A stretch of DNA of 64,000 nucleotides, from NCBI GenBank assembly GCA_013115145.1, contig JAAPAO010000027.1, positions 60,240 to 124,239 on the forward strand, given 5' to 3'. The notes beneath the pieces were generated by a model. It saw only the letters and a list, made by a program, of their open reading frames with translations. It was not told the origin of the DNA and searched no databases. A program made the translations under genes and the position numbers. Origin of the DNA: Perkinsus chesapeaki ATCC PRA-425 (lineage: Eukaryota; Protista; Perkinsozoa). How positions within the stretch are numbered: the first letter of the stretch is position 1; every line of letters starts with the position of its first letter. Below, piece by piece: positions 47,439 to 58,359 of this stretch.

Positions 47439-49288
47439 ATAAATAATTCTGTTTCTTATTTGACTGCTGGTTTGGTCGTTAATGACAAACTTTAATATCA
47501 AATAGTTAGTTGTGAACTATTATCAACCTTTGTCGCGGTGACACTGACAGTGTTACATTGTCACTTCATAATGCCACCGTGACAGTGTCAGTACACATCA
47601 TATGTTATCGCGAAGGTTGCATGCTGCGTCCTTAGTATCGGATATCTCATCATTATTTTGCGGTCTGCGGTTTTAATTGCCATATAAAGAGATAATGCTC
47701 GCTGTTAACCCATAGCCCAATGAGATACTCTCATTGGACTGTTTTCTTGAAGTTCACCAACTAGTTAAAATATCTCGTTCATTTCGGATGTCATCCCGGC
47801 ACTTCCTCAATATTTTCGGATGTACTCTGTACCGTAGGGGCTTCGAAGGGGGGAGCGCCCTCGCCATGTGTACAGTGAGCCGTTGTTGAGTGGGGAGGGC
47901 TCAACGTAAACTGCTTACGTATCGAATACGAAATCACCGTTAAATTTTGCTCATGTTACGGATAGTAGTAGGTATTGTAACAGGAAACTGTTCTTACCAT
48001 TGGGCAACCTACATGAAGGGTTTATAATCCACCATATCCAGAGCTAACACCCAAGTGCAATAGTGCATGTTTTCCAACCTTTTTAACAACGGATTTTCCC
48101 GCCTACAATGTGTGAGAAGCTTGAGTCGCACGGAGCGAAAGTTTGTGAGTCAAAGCATCACATGGAATTTACTATCGACTAGACAGTGTCCAGCCAAGGT
48201 ATGTTATTGAAGAAATTGGTTTGGAAAGAACCGCAGAAAGGCGCTGTCTCCGCGCCGCGGGTACAGACGAGGCGCCTGCTCCTTCTGTCTCCTTCGGAGT
48301 TGCCCCGCTCTCAAATGATATGCTACTTTCGGCTCCTCATCCTAGGCAGTAACACTTGGAGCATGTCCGTACAGTGTAGCACTCTCGGCTAAATCAGTCT
48401 TGATGATTGGATTTTTTCTCGCGCACGTCCCAGTAAAACAATGTTTTCATCGGAGCGGCTCCGCGGAGCCTCCCTTCCACATACGAATCTAATTTCAGAA
48501 ACGAGTTTTATGAAGTAAGAATGTTCAGACAAGCTATTGACTAGCACCGTTAGGCTGTGGTATTTCTTCTACTGCAAGTGACCAGTGGTTAGCTCAACCC
48601 GGCAAATTATGATGTAAAATGGCCTACTCGATCAAGAGTCCTCGAAGGCTCTCGAAATCTTCATGACTACCGCATGTACATCCCCTCTCGTTGCCTGCAG
48701 CCAGGACAGCCGTTTAAAACTCGCATCCCATGGTTAGGTCGCAGGTTTTCTCGATAGAGACCCTAATTCTAACTTATAATCCTGAAATTCACGAGGTTTT
48801 CACTCGGGTTTGGTAGACGCGTATTTCTACATCACGGTCGCGTAAGAGGCATCAATCACAGTGAGTAGTACTCGTTGAGTACAGCAGAATGATCCAGAGT
48901 CTTATCTTACAGATCATTTCACGAAGTTGCCTCTTTTCAGAAGTAATGATATCTGTAACTACAGGAACTAGCGTTCATGGCTCCCTTGGTATTATTAAGG
49001 TGAAATAGCTAAAGTTGTCCTTCTGAAGTGTCGCTGAGCCACTAAGCTGTGTGTTCCAACATATTGCGCCAATATGATATCCATTAGAAAGGTTCTTTTC
49101 GTCGCGGCTTTCGGCTTTGCCGCATCTGAGATTATGTTCAAGAACACCATGTAAGGAAATCTTCAATGAGACTCATAAACTTATCGCTCGATTATAGGTA
49201 CTCTCGTCTCAGTCAGACTACTGCTAATGACGGTAGGTTGAGGGGACGCTTTGCCGGCTGGGATGACTCATTCATCTCTATGTTTTAG

Positions 49289-49632
49289 GTGACACTTATC
49301 ACAGACCAAAGGGAACATGTCACTGGGACGGTGCAGAGCTGCCTGAGTGTGAATGCGCCGGCATACTCGTGTTTGCCTTGGGTGGTGCTATCCAAGTATG
49401 CACTCAGCAGTGCTCAGATGAAAATAAGTGTCCAACTCCCCCCGAAGGACGAACGGAGTCGTGTATAGATGGTCTTTGCTTCCTGACATGCTCCTCAAAC
49501 GATGTAAGCAAGTCGAGGCTCATCCTTCGTGTTAAGCTCACCATTCAGGACGAATGCCTCGAGGGTGCACTCTGTTGGTCCTTTTTCGGAGGTTCTGGTT
49601 TATGTATGTTCAGACCTAGTTTATCCCAGTGA
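49289..49632 (+). CDS. Small Cys-rich, probably secreted protein (3' exons; possible signal exon near 48521-48587)
   Basis: GTCHWDGAELPECECAG..CTQQCSDENKCPTPPEGRTESCIDGLCFLTCSSND / DECLEGALCWSFFGGSGLCMF, with a GT-AG intron at about 49504-49548. Confidence 0.6.
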
Positions 49633-50343
49633 TTCCGAAAGGGTATGTCTTAACTCGAGAAGCTGTGTTATCTCTATCCATTATAATACATTCATCCCAT
49701 GTTAGTCTATGTCTGTGCCCATAGTTGTAGCACGCACCACCGTTTGGGCGATCACGACTGAAAGCTATGTTATTCCCGTGAGAACCCTGTGCGCTTCGGG
49801 CCCACTCCAGAATAGAAGTCTTGATTGATTTCTTATGCCTCTTGCGAGTCGCGTTACTAGAAGGTTCACTCGATTCTTGGCTGCTCAAGCGTCTGGTGAA
49901 GACGGTGATCGTGGCAGCACCTCACTTTACCAGTAACTGCTCTACTCACAATCTTTTTGGTTGCTAAGCTTAGCGCACTACGCTACTGCACATTACTTAT
50001 CAGTGATATTTGCTCATCACTTTCACCTACACTAGCACTTCTTGTTGGGGGCCCCTCCCCCGAGCGCGCAGAGGCCTCACGGCCTAGTACAGAGGTTTCA
50101 ACAAAGAAGGAAACCGCGCACCAAGAAAAGCTGGTCGCTGAGGGGCGTTGACAGCCTGCTTCTCTCTTGCCCAATGAACCTGGGCAGGAGGCGCTGTCTA
50201 CAGCAAGGATGTCGCAACATCACTTTGGCCACGTGACGCATGTGAATCTGTCTTCCCGTGGTGTCACCGTGACACATCGTCCGGAATAACCATAATCGTT
50301 CACAAGGGTCCGAACCCCTCTAACTGAAGTTGCGTATTGAATA

Positions 50344-50736
50344 ATGAAGCTATTTACTTTACTAATTGTTCCAGCTCTTTATGAGGCGAGCATCGAGGCC
50401 CGCTACGATGTTGTGGGAGAGGTTCCAAACGGTGTCCCCATCAGGGCCGACTTCACTTATACTGGGCAAGTGACATTTTGGTTGGTATCCTGGAAAGCAG
50501 CCTACTACTGCTTCTATAAGGTCACTGGAAATGACACGGGTATCTTCGGGACCCTCAATGGTACAGATTGCACCGAGCGAATGATCTGGGGCTCCGACCG
50601 CCACCTAGATTCAAGGTGCTTGAGTCTACGTTTCAGTGATCGCCTCACTGCCTTCGCCTTTCAAGCTGTTGACGGTGTAGTGGTTTATACGAAGCACCCA
50701 TCGGCGTCTTCTCGCATACCAATCAGGACTCGTTAA
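50344..50736 (+). CDS. Hypothetical secreted protein
   Basis: ATG followed by a signal-like MKLFTLLIVPALYEA and a 130-aa open frame; no recognisable domain. Confidence 0.4.
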   Translation: MKLFTLLIVPALYEASIEARYDVVGEVPNGVPIRADFTYTGQVTFWLVSWKAAYYCFYKVTGNDTGIFGTLNGTDCTERMIWGSDRHLDSRCLSLRFSDRLTAFAFQAVDGVVVYTKHPSASSRIPIRTR

Positions 50737-51623
50737 GGGAACTCACTCATGTCGTTTTGTTATACCCCACAGAATATGTTCCCATCAATTGTGTTGGTAG
50801 TCTCCTTCGTCGATATACCGTTATCATTGGTTTAGCGGATTCCGCCCATTTTCTCTTCGGTAGTCACCCGCCATTGCCAACCATATGCAGCGATTGATTC
50901 CACCATCTTGCAATTGTTCCCTTCATTTTCATTGCCATCGATGCTGATCATTCCATACGACCAAGCTTTCGGTGTACAAACATAGTGTGGGCTAAGCTAG
51001 TATAGCGGTTGCACCTTGCCTTGCTGAAGGTGGCATAATGCCGGTTTAGCGTAATATCGTTATTGTGTTCGAGGTTTGATTTGGGCATATGCCAGGATAA
51101 CCGCACGTCGGCAAGGTATTGTTGTACAGTAGACTACTTCTCGTTCTCGAATCACGTTTTACAACGTGGTCGTGAACGGAACGGTTTCAAAGACAGGCGT
51201 TGAGGTTATTAGAACAAATGGTGCGCGTTCTAGTAGCTTCTGGCTGTAGGCCAATAATCGGTCTTGCTCTTGTTGATACCCGATGTGTGAGGCATCACCA
51301 CCACATACACCACGCAAGACATCGAATTCTAGAATTAAAGTCATTGTCACAAGAATCACTATTCGACCGATTTGGTAGAAGGAGCAAGAGCGAAACGGTG
51401 CTGGTACTATAGGGCACTGATCACACTTCTCCATAGAACACAGTCTGTGTTACACAGAACCATATGCTTCTCATAGTCCTGTCAAAGGACTCCTATGATT
51501 GTTAACTATATCACTAACAACGCAACTCTATAAATTTTAGCGCATCACGCGTACACTCGTAACTTGATACAGTTACAATAATCGTATGCCACTGTTTGAG
51601 AAAAATAATTGTCATCAAGCAGT

Positions 51624-52709
51624 CTAATAAACATAGTTCTTCACGTACAAAGACTGCTTAGCAGACTCATCGGTGGAACCCTGATACTTGCCGAGTTGGG
51701 CTTCAGAGTTGGCCTTGGCGCGAACAAGGAAAGCCTCCTGAGCGGCCTTGGTGTTCTCCTCCTTACCAGCCCAGGTCTTGATGGCACTAGCCTGCAAGGC
51801 ACGACCGTAGGAGAAAGTAAGAGCCCATGGGCGACGCTCCGTGGGGAGCTGGTTCATGGCTGATAGGTTGATAGAGGCCTCCTCCTCACTCTGACCACCA
51901 GAGAGGAAGGTCACGCCAACAAGGGCCGGGGGAGCAGTACGAGCAAGAGTGCGGACGGTTAGCTCGGCGATCTTCTGAGCAGAGGGGCGCTCGGGGCAAT
52001 CGACACCAGCAGTGACCATGTTGGGCTTGAGAAGGCATCCCTCGAGAAGGATATGCTGGTCGTTCAATGCCTTGAACACAGCGGTGAGAACTCGCTCGGT
52101 CACGTAGGCAGAAGTCTCGATGGTGTGCTTGCCATCGGTCAAGATCTCGGGCTCGACGATGGGGACAAGACCGTTGGCTTGGCAAATGGAGGCATAACGG
52201 GCAAGAGTGTGAGCAGTCTCCTCAATAGAGAGCTGAGAAGGCATCTGCTTGGCCTCGTCGATCTTCAGGACAGTTCTCCACTTGGCGAAGCGGGCACCTT
52301 GCTCGTAGTACTTCTGGCAACGCTCAGCAAGACCATCAAGTCCCTGAGTAGCGGTCTCACCATCGGTACCAGCGAGTTGGACAAGTCCCTTATCGACCTT
52401 GATACCGGGAATGATACCTTGCTTCTTCAACAAGTCTACCATCGGTACACCCTCGGCGTTCTTCTGGAAGAGAGTCTCTTCGTAGAGAATAGCACCAGAG
52501 ATGTACTTGCCGGCATCAGGGGCAGTGAAAAGTAGAGACCTGTAGGCAGCACGGTGCTCCTCGGTGTTCTCGATACCAGCGGCATCGAAACGCTTCTTGA
52601 TGGTACCGGTGGACTCATCAGCGGCCAAGATTCCCTTGCCGGGAGTGCAGATGGCGTTGGCGGTCTGAATAAGTTCGGCCTGATACTTTAGTTCTTCACG
52701 AGCGGGCAT
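51624..52709 (-). CDS. ALDO: Fructose-bisphosphate aldolase class I, copy 1, intronless
   Basis: True ATG at 52709 (MPAREELK); motifs [42 protein letters not shown] and C-terminal Y. Confidence 0.97.
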   Translation of the reverse strand: MPAREELKYQAELIQTANAICTPGKGILAADESTGTIKKRFDAAGIENTEEHRAAYRSLLFTAPDAGKYISGAILYEETLFQKNAEGVPMVDLLKKQGIIPGIKVDKGLVQLAGTDGETATQGLDGLAERCQKYYEQGARFAKWRTVLKIDEAKQMPSQLSIEETAHTLARYASICQANGLVPIVEPEILTDGKHTIETSAYVTERVLTAVFKALNDQHILLEGCLLKPNMVTAGVDCPERPSAQKIAELTVRTLARTAPPALVGVTFLSGGQSEEEASINLSAMNQLPTERRPWALTFSYGRALQASAIKTWAGKEENTKAAQEAFLVRAKANSEAQLGKYQGSTDESAKQSLYVKNYVY

Positions 52710-53568
52710 GTTCGAATAAAACAAGTCAATAACTGCTGCCAAAATCACGCTGGACAAATGCCCTACCAACATTAGAGAATCGTTTGGGAGGAAAGGATCT
52801 AAACAACGCTGAAATGCTCATCGATTTTCCTACTTGTGTTAAGCGCACTTTCAGGCATCGCTTATTTACGCTGAAAGTTGTGTGTTGCTGTCCCCATCAC
52901 CGCTGTGACTGTTATACTAGCCGAAACTCGCAGTGAACAATTTACTGAGTGACGAGAACGTGGAAGGCCTACTAATGGAAGTATCAGGGCTTCCTCCAGA
53001 ACGGCATGATTCACGTTAGTTCTCTACAACCAGGGCGTGACTACCGATTGCGCAGTTGGTGCCACGCGTGCTGGGCTAGGTAACTGCGAAATAAATTGAC
53101 AAGTAAAGTTGCTATGATTGTGGTATCGGCCACTGAGATGTCGCCATCTTCGATACTGAGCTAAAGATACCAAGAGCCAGTAATACCAACACAACTTTCA
53201 ATGATCGGGACTAGCAAGTTTAGATTCAGGCCGATACTTCCAACGGTATTGAATCAACCTTCAGAATCCATGTTAACGCATGAGATGACCGTTTTCCTAC
53301 CAATACCTCAGAAATCTAATAGAGGGATGATGCTCAAGCTTACTTACAGCGATACTCAATTGAGCTCGACACTTGAAACTTACCCTAGACTAGGATACCC
53401 TACTTAAGCCACGAATTGACAGAACAACTCCACAGGAGAGGTAATTAAGATTGAATGGAAAACTTCAGTATAGACTGTATCCTCTGCTCATGGAGGTGTT
53501 GGTTGTGGTGAAAGGAAAGTAATCAATAACCTTCAAAAGCAAGGGTTCGAAGAGCTTCTGATATATGC

Positions 53569-54651
53569 TTAGTAAACATAGTTCTTAACATATAGAGACT
53601 TGTTGGCAGCAGCATCACTGGAACCTTCGTACTTGCCGAGCTGAGCCTCGGAGTTAGCCTTTGCACGAGTAATGAAAGCCTTCTGAGCGGCCTCAGTGTT
53701 CTCGCTCTTGCCGGCCCAGGTCATGATAGCACTATGCTGAAGAGCACGACCGAAGGAGAAGGTCAAAGGCCAGGGGCGGGCCTCCTTCAACTGGTTCATA
53801 GCGTTCAGATGAATGGAGGCTTCCTCCTCACTCTGACCACCGGAAAGGAACAGTACGCCGACAAGGGCTGGAGGAACAGTGCGCTTGAGAGTGCGGACAG
53901 TCATTTCAGCGCACTTCTCGGGGGAAGCTTGCTCGGGGCAATCAACACCGGACATAACCATGTTAGGCTTGAGAACGCAACCCTCAAGGAGAACATGCTG
54001 ATCGTTCAATGCCTTGAAGACGGCAGAGAGAACTCTCTCGGTCACGTAGGCATCGGTTTCGATCGTATGAGCACCATCACCGAGAACCTCGGGCTCGACG
54101 ATGGGTACAAGACCGTTGGCTTGGCAGATAGAGGCATAACGGGCAAGAGTGTGAGCAGTCTCCTCAATGGAAAGCTCAGTGGGCATCTGCTTGGCCTCAT
54201 CAATCTTGATCACAGCTCTCCACTTGGCGAAGCGGGCGCCCTGCTCGTAGTACTTCTGGCAACGCTCAGCAAGACCATCAAGTCCCTGAGTAGCGGTCTC
54301 ACCATCGGTACCAGCGAGTTGGACAAGTCCCTTATCGACCTTGATACCGGGAATGATACCTTGCTTCTTCAACAAGTCTACCATCGGTACACCCTCGGCG
54401 TTCTTCTGGAAGAGAGTCTCCTCGTACATGATAGCACCAGAGATGTACTTGCCGGCATCAGGAGTAGTGAAAAGTAGAGACCTGTAGGCAGCACGGTGCT
54501 CCTCAGTATTCTCTATGTTGGCGTCATCGAAACGCTTCTTGATGGTACCGGTGGACTCATCGGCAGCCAGAAGGCCCTTACCGGGAGCGCACATAGCATG
54601 AGCGGTCTCGATAAGCTCGGACTGATACTTGAGTTCTTCACGAGCGGGCAT
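53569..54651 (-). CDS. ALDO: Fructose-bisphosphate aldolase class I, copy 2, intronless
   Basis: True ATG at 54651; same catalytic motifs, with SFGRALQ and ending KNYVY. Confidence 0.97.
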   Translation of the reverse strand: MPAREELKYQSELIETAHAMCAPGKGLLAADESTGTIKKRFDDANIENTEEHRAAYRSLLFTTPDAGKYISGAIMYEETLFQKNAEGVPMVDLLKKQGIIPGIKVDKGLVQLAGTDGETATQGLDGLAERCQKYYEQGARFAKWRAVIKIDEAKQMPTELSIEETAHTLARYASICQANGLVPIVEPEVLGDGAHTIETDAYVTERVLSAVFKALNDQHVLLEGCVLKPNMVMSGVDCPEQASPEKCAEMTVRTLKRTVPPALVGVLFLSGGQSEEEASIHLNAMNQLKEARPWPLTFSFGRALQHSAIMTWAGKSENTEAAQKAFITRAKANSEAQLGKYEGSSDAAANKSLYVKNYVY

Positions 54652-55344
54652 TAGTATTTTAAAGGTATAACAAAAAAGATATCTACAATGAAAAGTTACA
54701 AAATGTACACTAAAATAATGTAAAATTGTTATGTACAAATACAATCTAAATTAATACTTCCACGCTACAAAGAAGGACTGAAAGCTCTCGAAGGAAAGCT
54801 GGTACCATTAGGTTCTAATGTTGTACCGTTATGACTAATTGCACGAGTATCGTTATGATTCTTCAGCTCGCACTTAGCCGATCTTTGTGAAATCGTTGTG
54901 ACCTGACAGCGCAGGATTCATTATCTTCTGGGCGAGCGCGATTTATTCGAGTTTAGAAATATTTGACAAATTGTGGCGGTGGCGCTCAGTGTTCATTTTG
55001 TCATCGGTGATCGCTGCTGCCCGGCATTGTGGAACCCTCTCTTTCCGGGCAGAGTTATTCACCAGTGAGATTCGTTACCAGTGGATTTGACTACGGTCGT
55101 GGCGGCCAGGATGGCAACTCGAGGCTGCCGCCAGCCGCACGTTCGCGTCTACGGGAAATTTTGATGCGCCTTCCTACTAGGAAGTCTCTAGAACCCAAAG
55201 CCTGAGCAATGCTTGTGTGGTAGCGTTCCCTTGCGCGCTGAGGAAGCAGGTTGTTCGCTCATTAAGCATCGCCGGGATCGGCGAAGGTCCGGGAAACGCA
55301 AGATACGCCAAGGTGGTTGATTCAGATAGATTATATCTTTATCA

Positions 55345-56551
55345 ATGAAAATCGTATCAATTACCTCCGTTTTATTCCAGCTCACGGAGGCTGCACGTTT
55401 TATAGCGCCATGCGCGTTGAAGCCTCGCAATGCGACGGAAGAAGTCTACACTGCATTACCTCGCTTTTCGGTAAGGGAGGGGTATCTTAGGTCGACCCGA
55501 GGAAGATGCAAGATAGGTTTTTTTTATAGGAAATTATTTTTAGGCTGAAGAACTACCTTCAAGTTGGGATTGGCGAGACATAAACGGCGAAAACATGGTC
55601 ACCACTGATCGCAGCTACTCTAACCCAAGGTCAGCGCTTTCTAATTTCCAAAGATACCTCCCCCCTCAGAGCCTGCTCTGGCTGCTGGGCGTTCGCTGCT
55701 GTTCATGCACTTTCCGATCGTATCAAAATACAAAGGAAGGCTGCCTTCCCTGAAGTCAATCTTTCTCCACAGCCGCTGCTTACTTGCGGTTATGAGATCG
55801 GTAATGGTTGCCGAGGTGGAGGCGTCATCGATGCGATGCGATATGTAAGCCATGTGGTCGCAGTTTGTTGTTGGATGGTATTGATAGATAAAGGAGAAGG
55901 GTATCACTGATGAGACCTGTTCGCCCTTCACTGGCAAAGGCCATGACACTGGTGATGTCTGTCTAGGCTCGACACTGTACGTCTGGCAATTCCCGTGAAG
56001 GATCAAGCTTTTCTGGTCAGATGTAGCACTTGCTCTGCAAATGGAGCATGCGAGATCCCTAAGAAATATGACACCTTCCATGTGGAGGAGTTCGGCACCG
56101 TGTCGGGGGAGCAAGCGATCCGCTCGGAGATCAAAGCCCGTGGGCCGGTCGTCTGCCACATGCACGTCGATGAAGCTTTCCGGTCGAAGTAAGCTCCTGT
56201 GATCAAGTCTCCGTTGAGGAATATCTGCAGTTACCGAGCCGACTCGGTCTGGGATTTCTCTGACACTGACAACGCAGCAGAGCCGAATCACGCAGCGGAG
56301 GTTGCCGGCTGGGGAGTCGACGCGGATGGTAGCCGAAGGCCCTTTCGTGTGGTGGTTTATGGATTTCATTTTGGCAGGCTCACAATTCTGGATCGCCCGT
56401 TTCGCCTTCGGTAAGGTCTTTGGCTCGGGATTGCAATAGAAGTGTCTTCTTGTTAGGGTCGAACTGGGGCGATCATGGCTGGGCTAAACTGCGTCGCTCC
56501 GCTAACGGTCACGTAGAGAAAGCCGGTTGTGTTTGGGCAACTGTGAAGTAA
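55345..56551 (+). CDS. Cathepsin Z/X-like papain-fold domain, atypical (signal peptide; Cys and His kept, Gln and Asn replaced), multi-exon; may continue into the downstream domain
   Basis: Spliced: MKIVSITSVLFQLTEA.., ELPSSWDWRDINGEN..DRSYSNPRACSGCWAF..LSDRIKI, EIKARGPVVC, PNHAAEVAGWG, FWIARFAFGSNWG. Confidence 0.8.
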
Positions 56552-58359
56552 TTTGCCTACCAATTATTATCCTCATATCGTTCTCTTGTTCAGTTCTGAT
56601 GCATGGAAGGACTGGACATTGTATCCCTCGGTGAAGTAAGTAGAGGGGATGCTCTTTACAGGTTGCGGTTTGAGGATGGAGCTTTAATGGGGAGGAGGTT
56701 GAAAATAATGAAATTACGCATTTCCAATCTATTAGTAACTGAGAGTAATACCTATCAGACTTATAATATAAGCAAATACATAATACAGTGTTGTAAGTTC
56801 GATAGCTCTCCCACTAGAAAAGCGGGAGGGCTGGTTGATCTGATTATGAAATTTGAGGGCTTACCCGAGAAAACCTTAAAGAGTGTTTCAGTACGGAGAA
56901 GTCACGCCTGCCTTGTTCCGAGTTGCTCGGCAGAAAGTTTGGTACATTTCGAGAATCTGCCGTTGTTCGAGGTACACTGCCCCGATGACCCCCGCAGTGT
57001 CAAAGAGCATTGGGGATGTGGTCCCTGAATCTGGTTATCTCACGCTCCGTGGCTCGGATGTAGGAATTTAGTCGGCGCTACAAGTGGCGCAGGGCTTGTC
57101 AGGGCAAGATGCATGAGTATGCTATCAACGAGTTGCCCAAGGGCAACAAGCCTAGGAGGGGACATGCTATGGGTGGCGATAAAGTAGGTATCGGGAGATC
57201 GAAAAAGTTCAGAGTGCATTCGGGCTTACGTGAGAGTAAGGAATGGATCAGTCGTTCCACCAGTCCGTCAAATCTCCTGACCGGTTGGAGAAATGACGAT
57301 GCCACGCAAGCTTCATCGTGCAAAATCAGACCAAACCTCTCTCTCTGTGCGGTGCTTATGTAATTGGAGCCATGGCTGTCATTGCTGGTTCTAGCTGGAC
57401 TAACAGCTTGGATTTTATATACAAGTATTCTGACATTCTGAGGAAGCGGTTTTATGCAGGAAACCTCTTATACGGATTCCCTTCATAGCTACAGTTATTC
57501 ATATAAAGTGTCATTTATATTCGCATTGTTTCTAACGCGTAACACAATTTCTGTCTCCTTTTTAGGCGGCCACACCAGAGGCCCCTCTTGCTCAGCACTG
57601 TGAGCAAGCTACTGTGGATTCCCCCGATCCTCAGTTCCTCGTTGAACGCCCCTTTATTGTCGATGTAAGGTTATCTCGTCTGGACTGGGCATCAGTTCTC
57701 TTTCAGAATTCTGAGCGTAAGTATGATAAACCGTCGAATAGGGCAGGCGGCTACAAGGCGACGCCGAAGCCTACGAACATATGTGAGTTGCTTACCTGGG
57801 ATTTGTAGAAAGGATTCGTCTCGGCTCGTTAGCTTTGGGAACAAATGGCGTTTTCGCCATGTCGAGATTCCGAAAGTTTCCGTGTTATTCTGATACCCTC
57901 AATTTTCGTGAAGTTGTCACTGACATTAAGCCGTAAGGATTGTGATTAGTTATCTCAATGACTTTATTAACACGTACCATTGAGCTGGTACGGCAAGCAA
58001 GGGAAAGAGGAATGATTCCTGTTTACTGCCTCAACTCCCTACTATCTTCCGTTTCCCAAAACCATTACTTATCCCTATTCTCCCTCCTGATGCCCACCAC
58101 TTTAGGTTCAACCTACTCCATGGTATGCAGTCAAGATCCCACTTGTCAGTGTGAGACTGGTTATTATAAGGTAGCATCATCATTATCAACTAGCCTCCTC
58201 TCGACTACCCCTTTCGAGCTGCCCTCAGGTACTGGATTCCCGTGCCATTGACAACTCCACATGTTACCTATGCGTGAGTTGTTCATTATTCTCATCTACA
58301 ATCATATATCGTTCTGGTGGTAGGTGCCCAAGGTTGCTGGCGTACAAGTCTCGAATGAG

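Noticed and set aside
50830-51434. Possible minus-strand gene fragments
   Set aside because: No consistent exon chain or recognisable motif.
52053-54477. Plus-strand ORFs of 160 and 247 aa over the aldolases
   Set aside because: Antisense shadows of the real CDSs.
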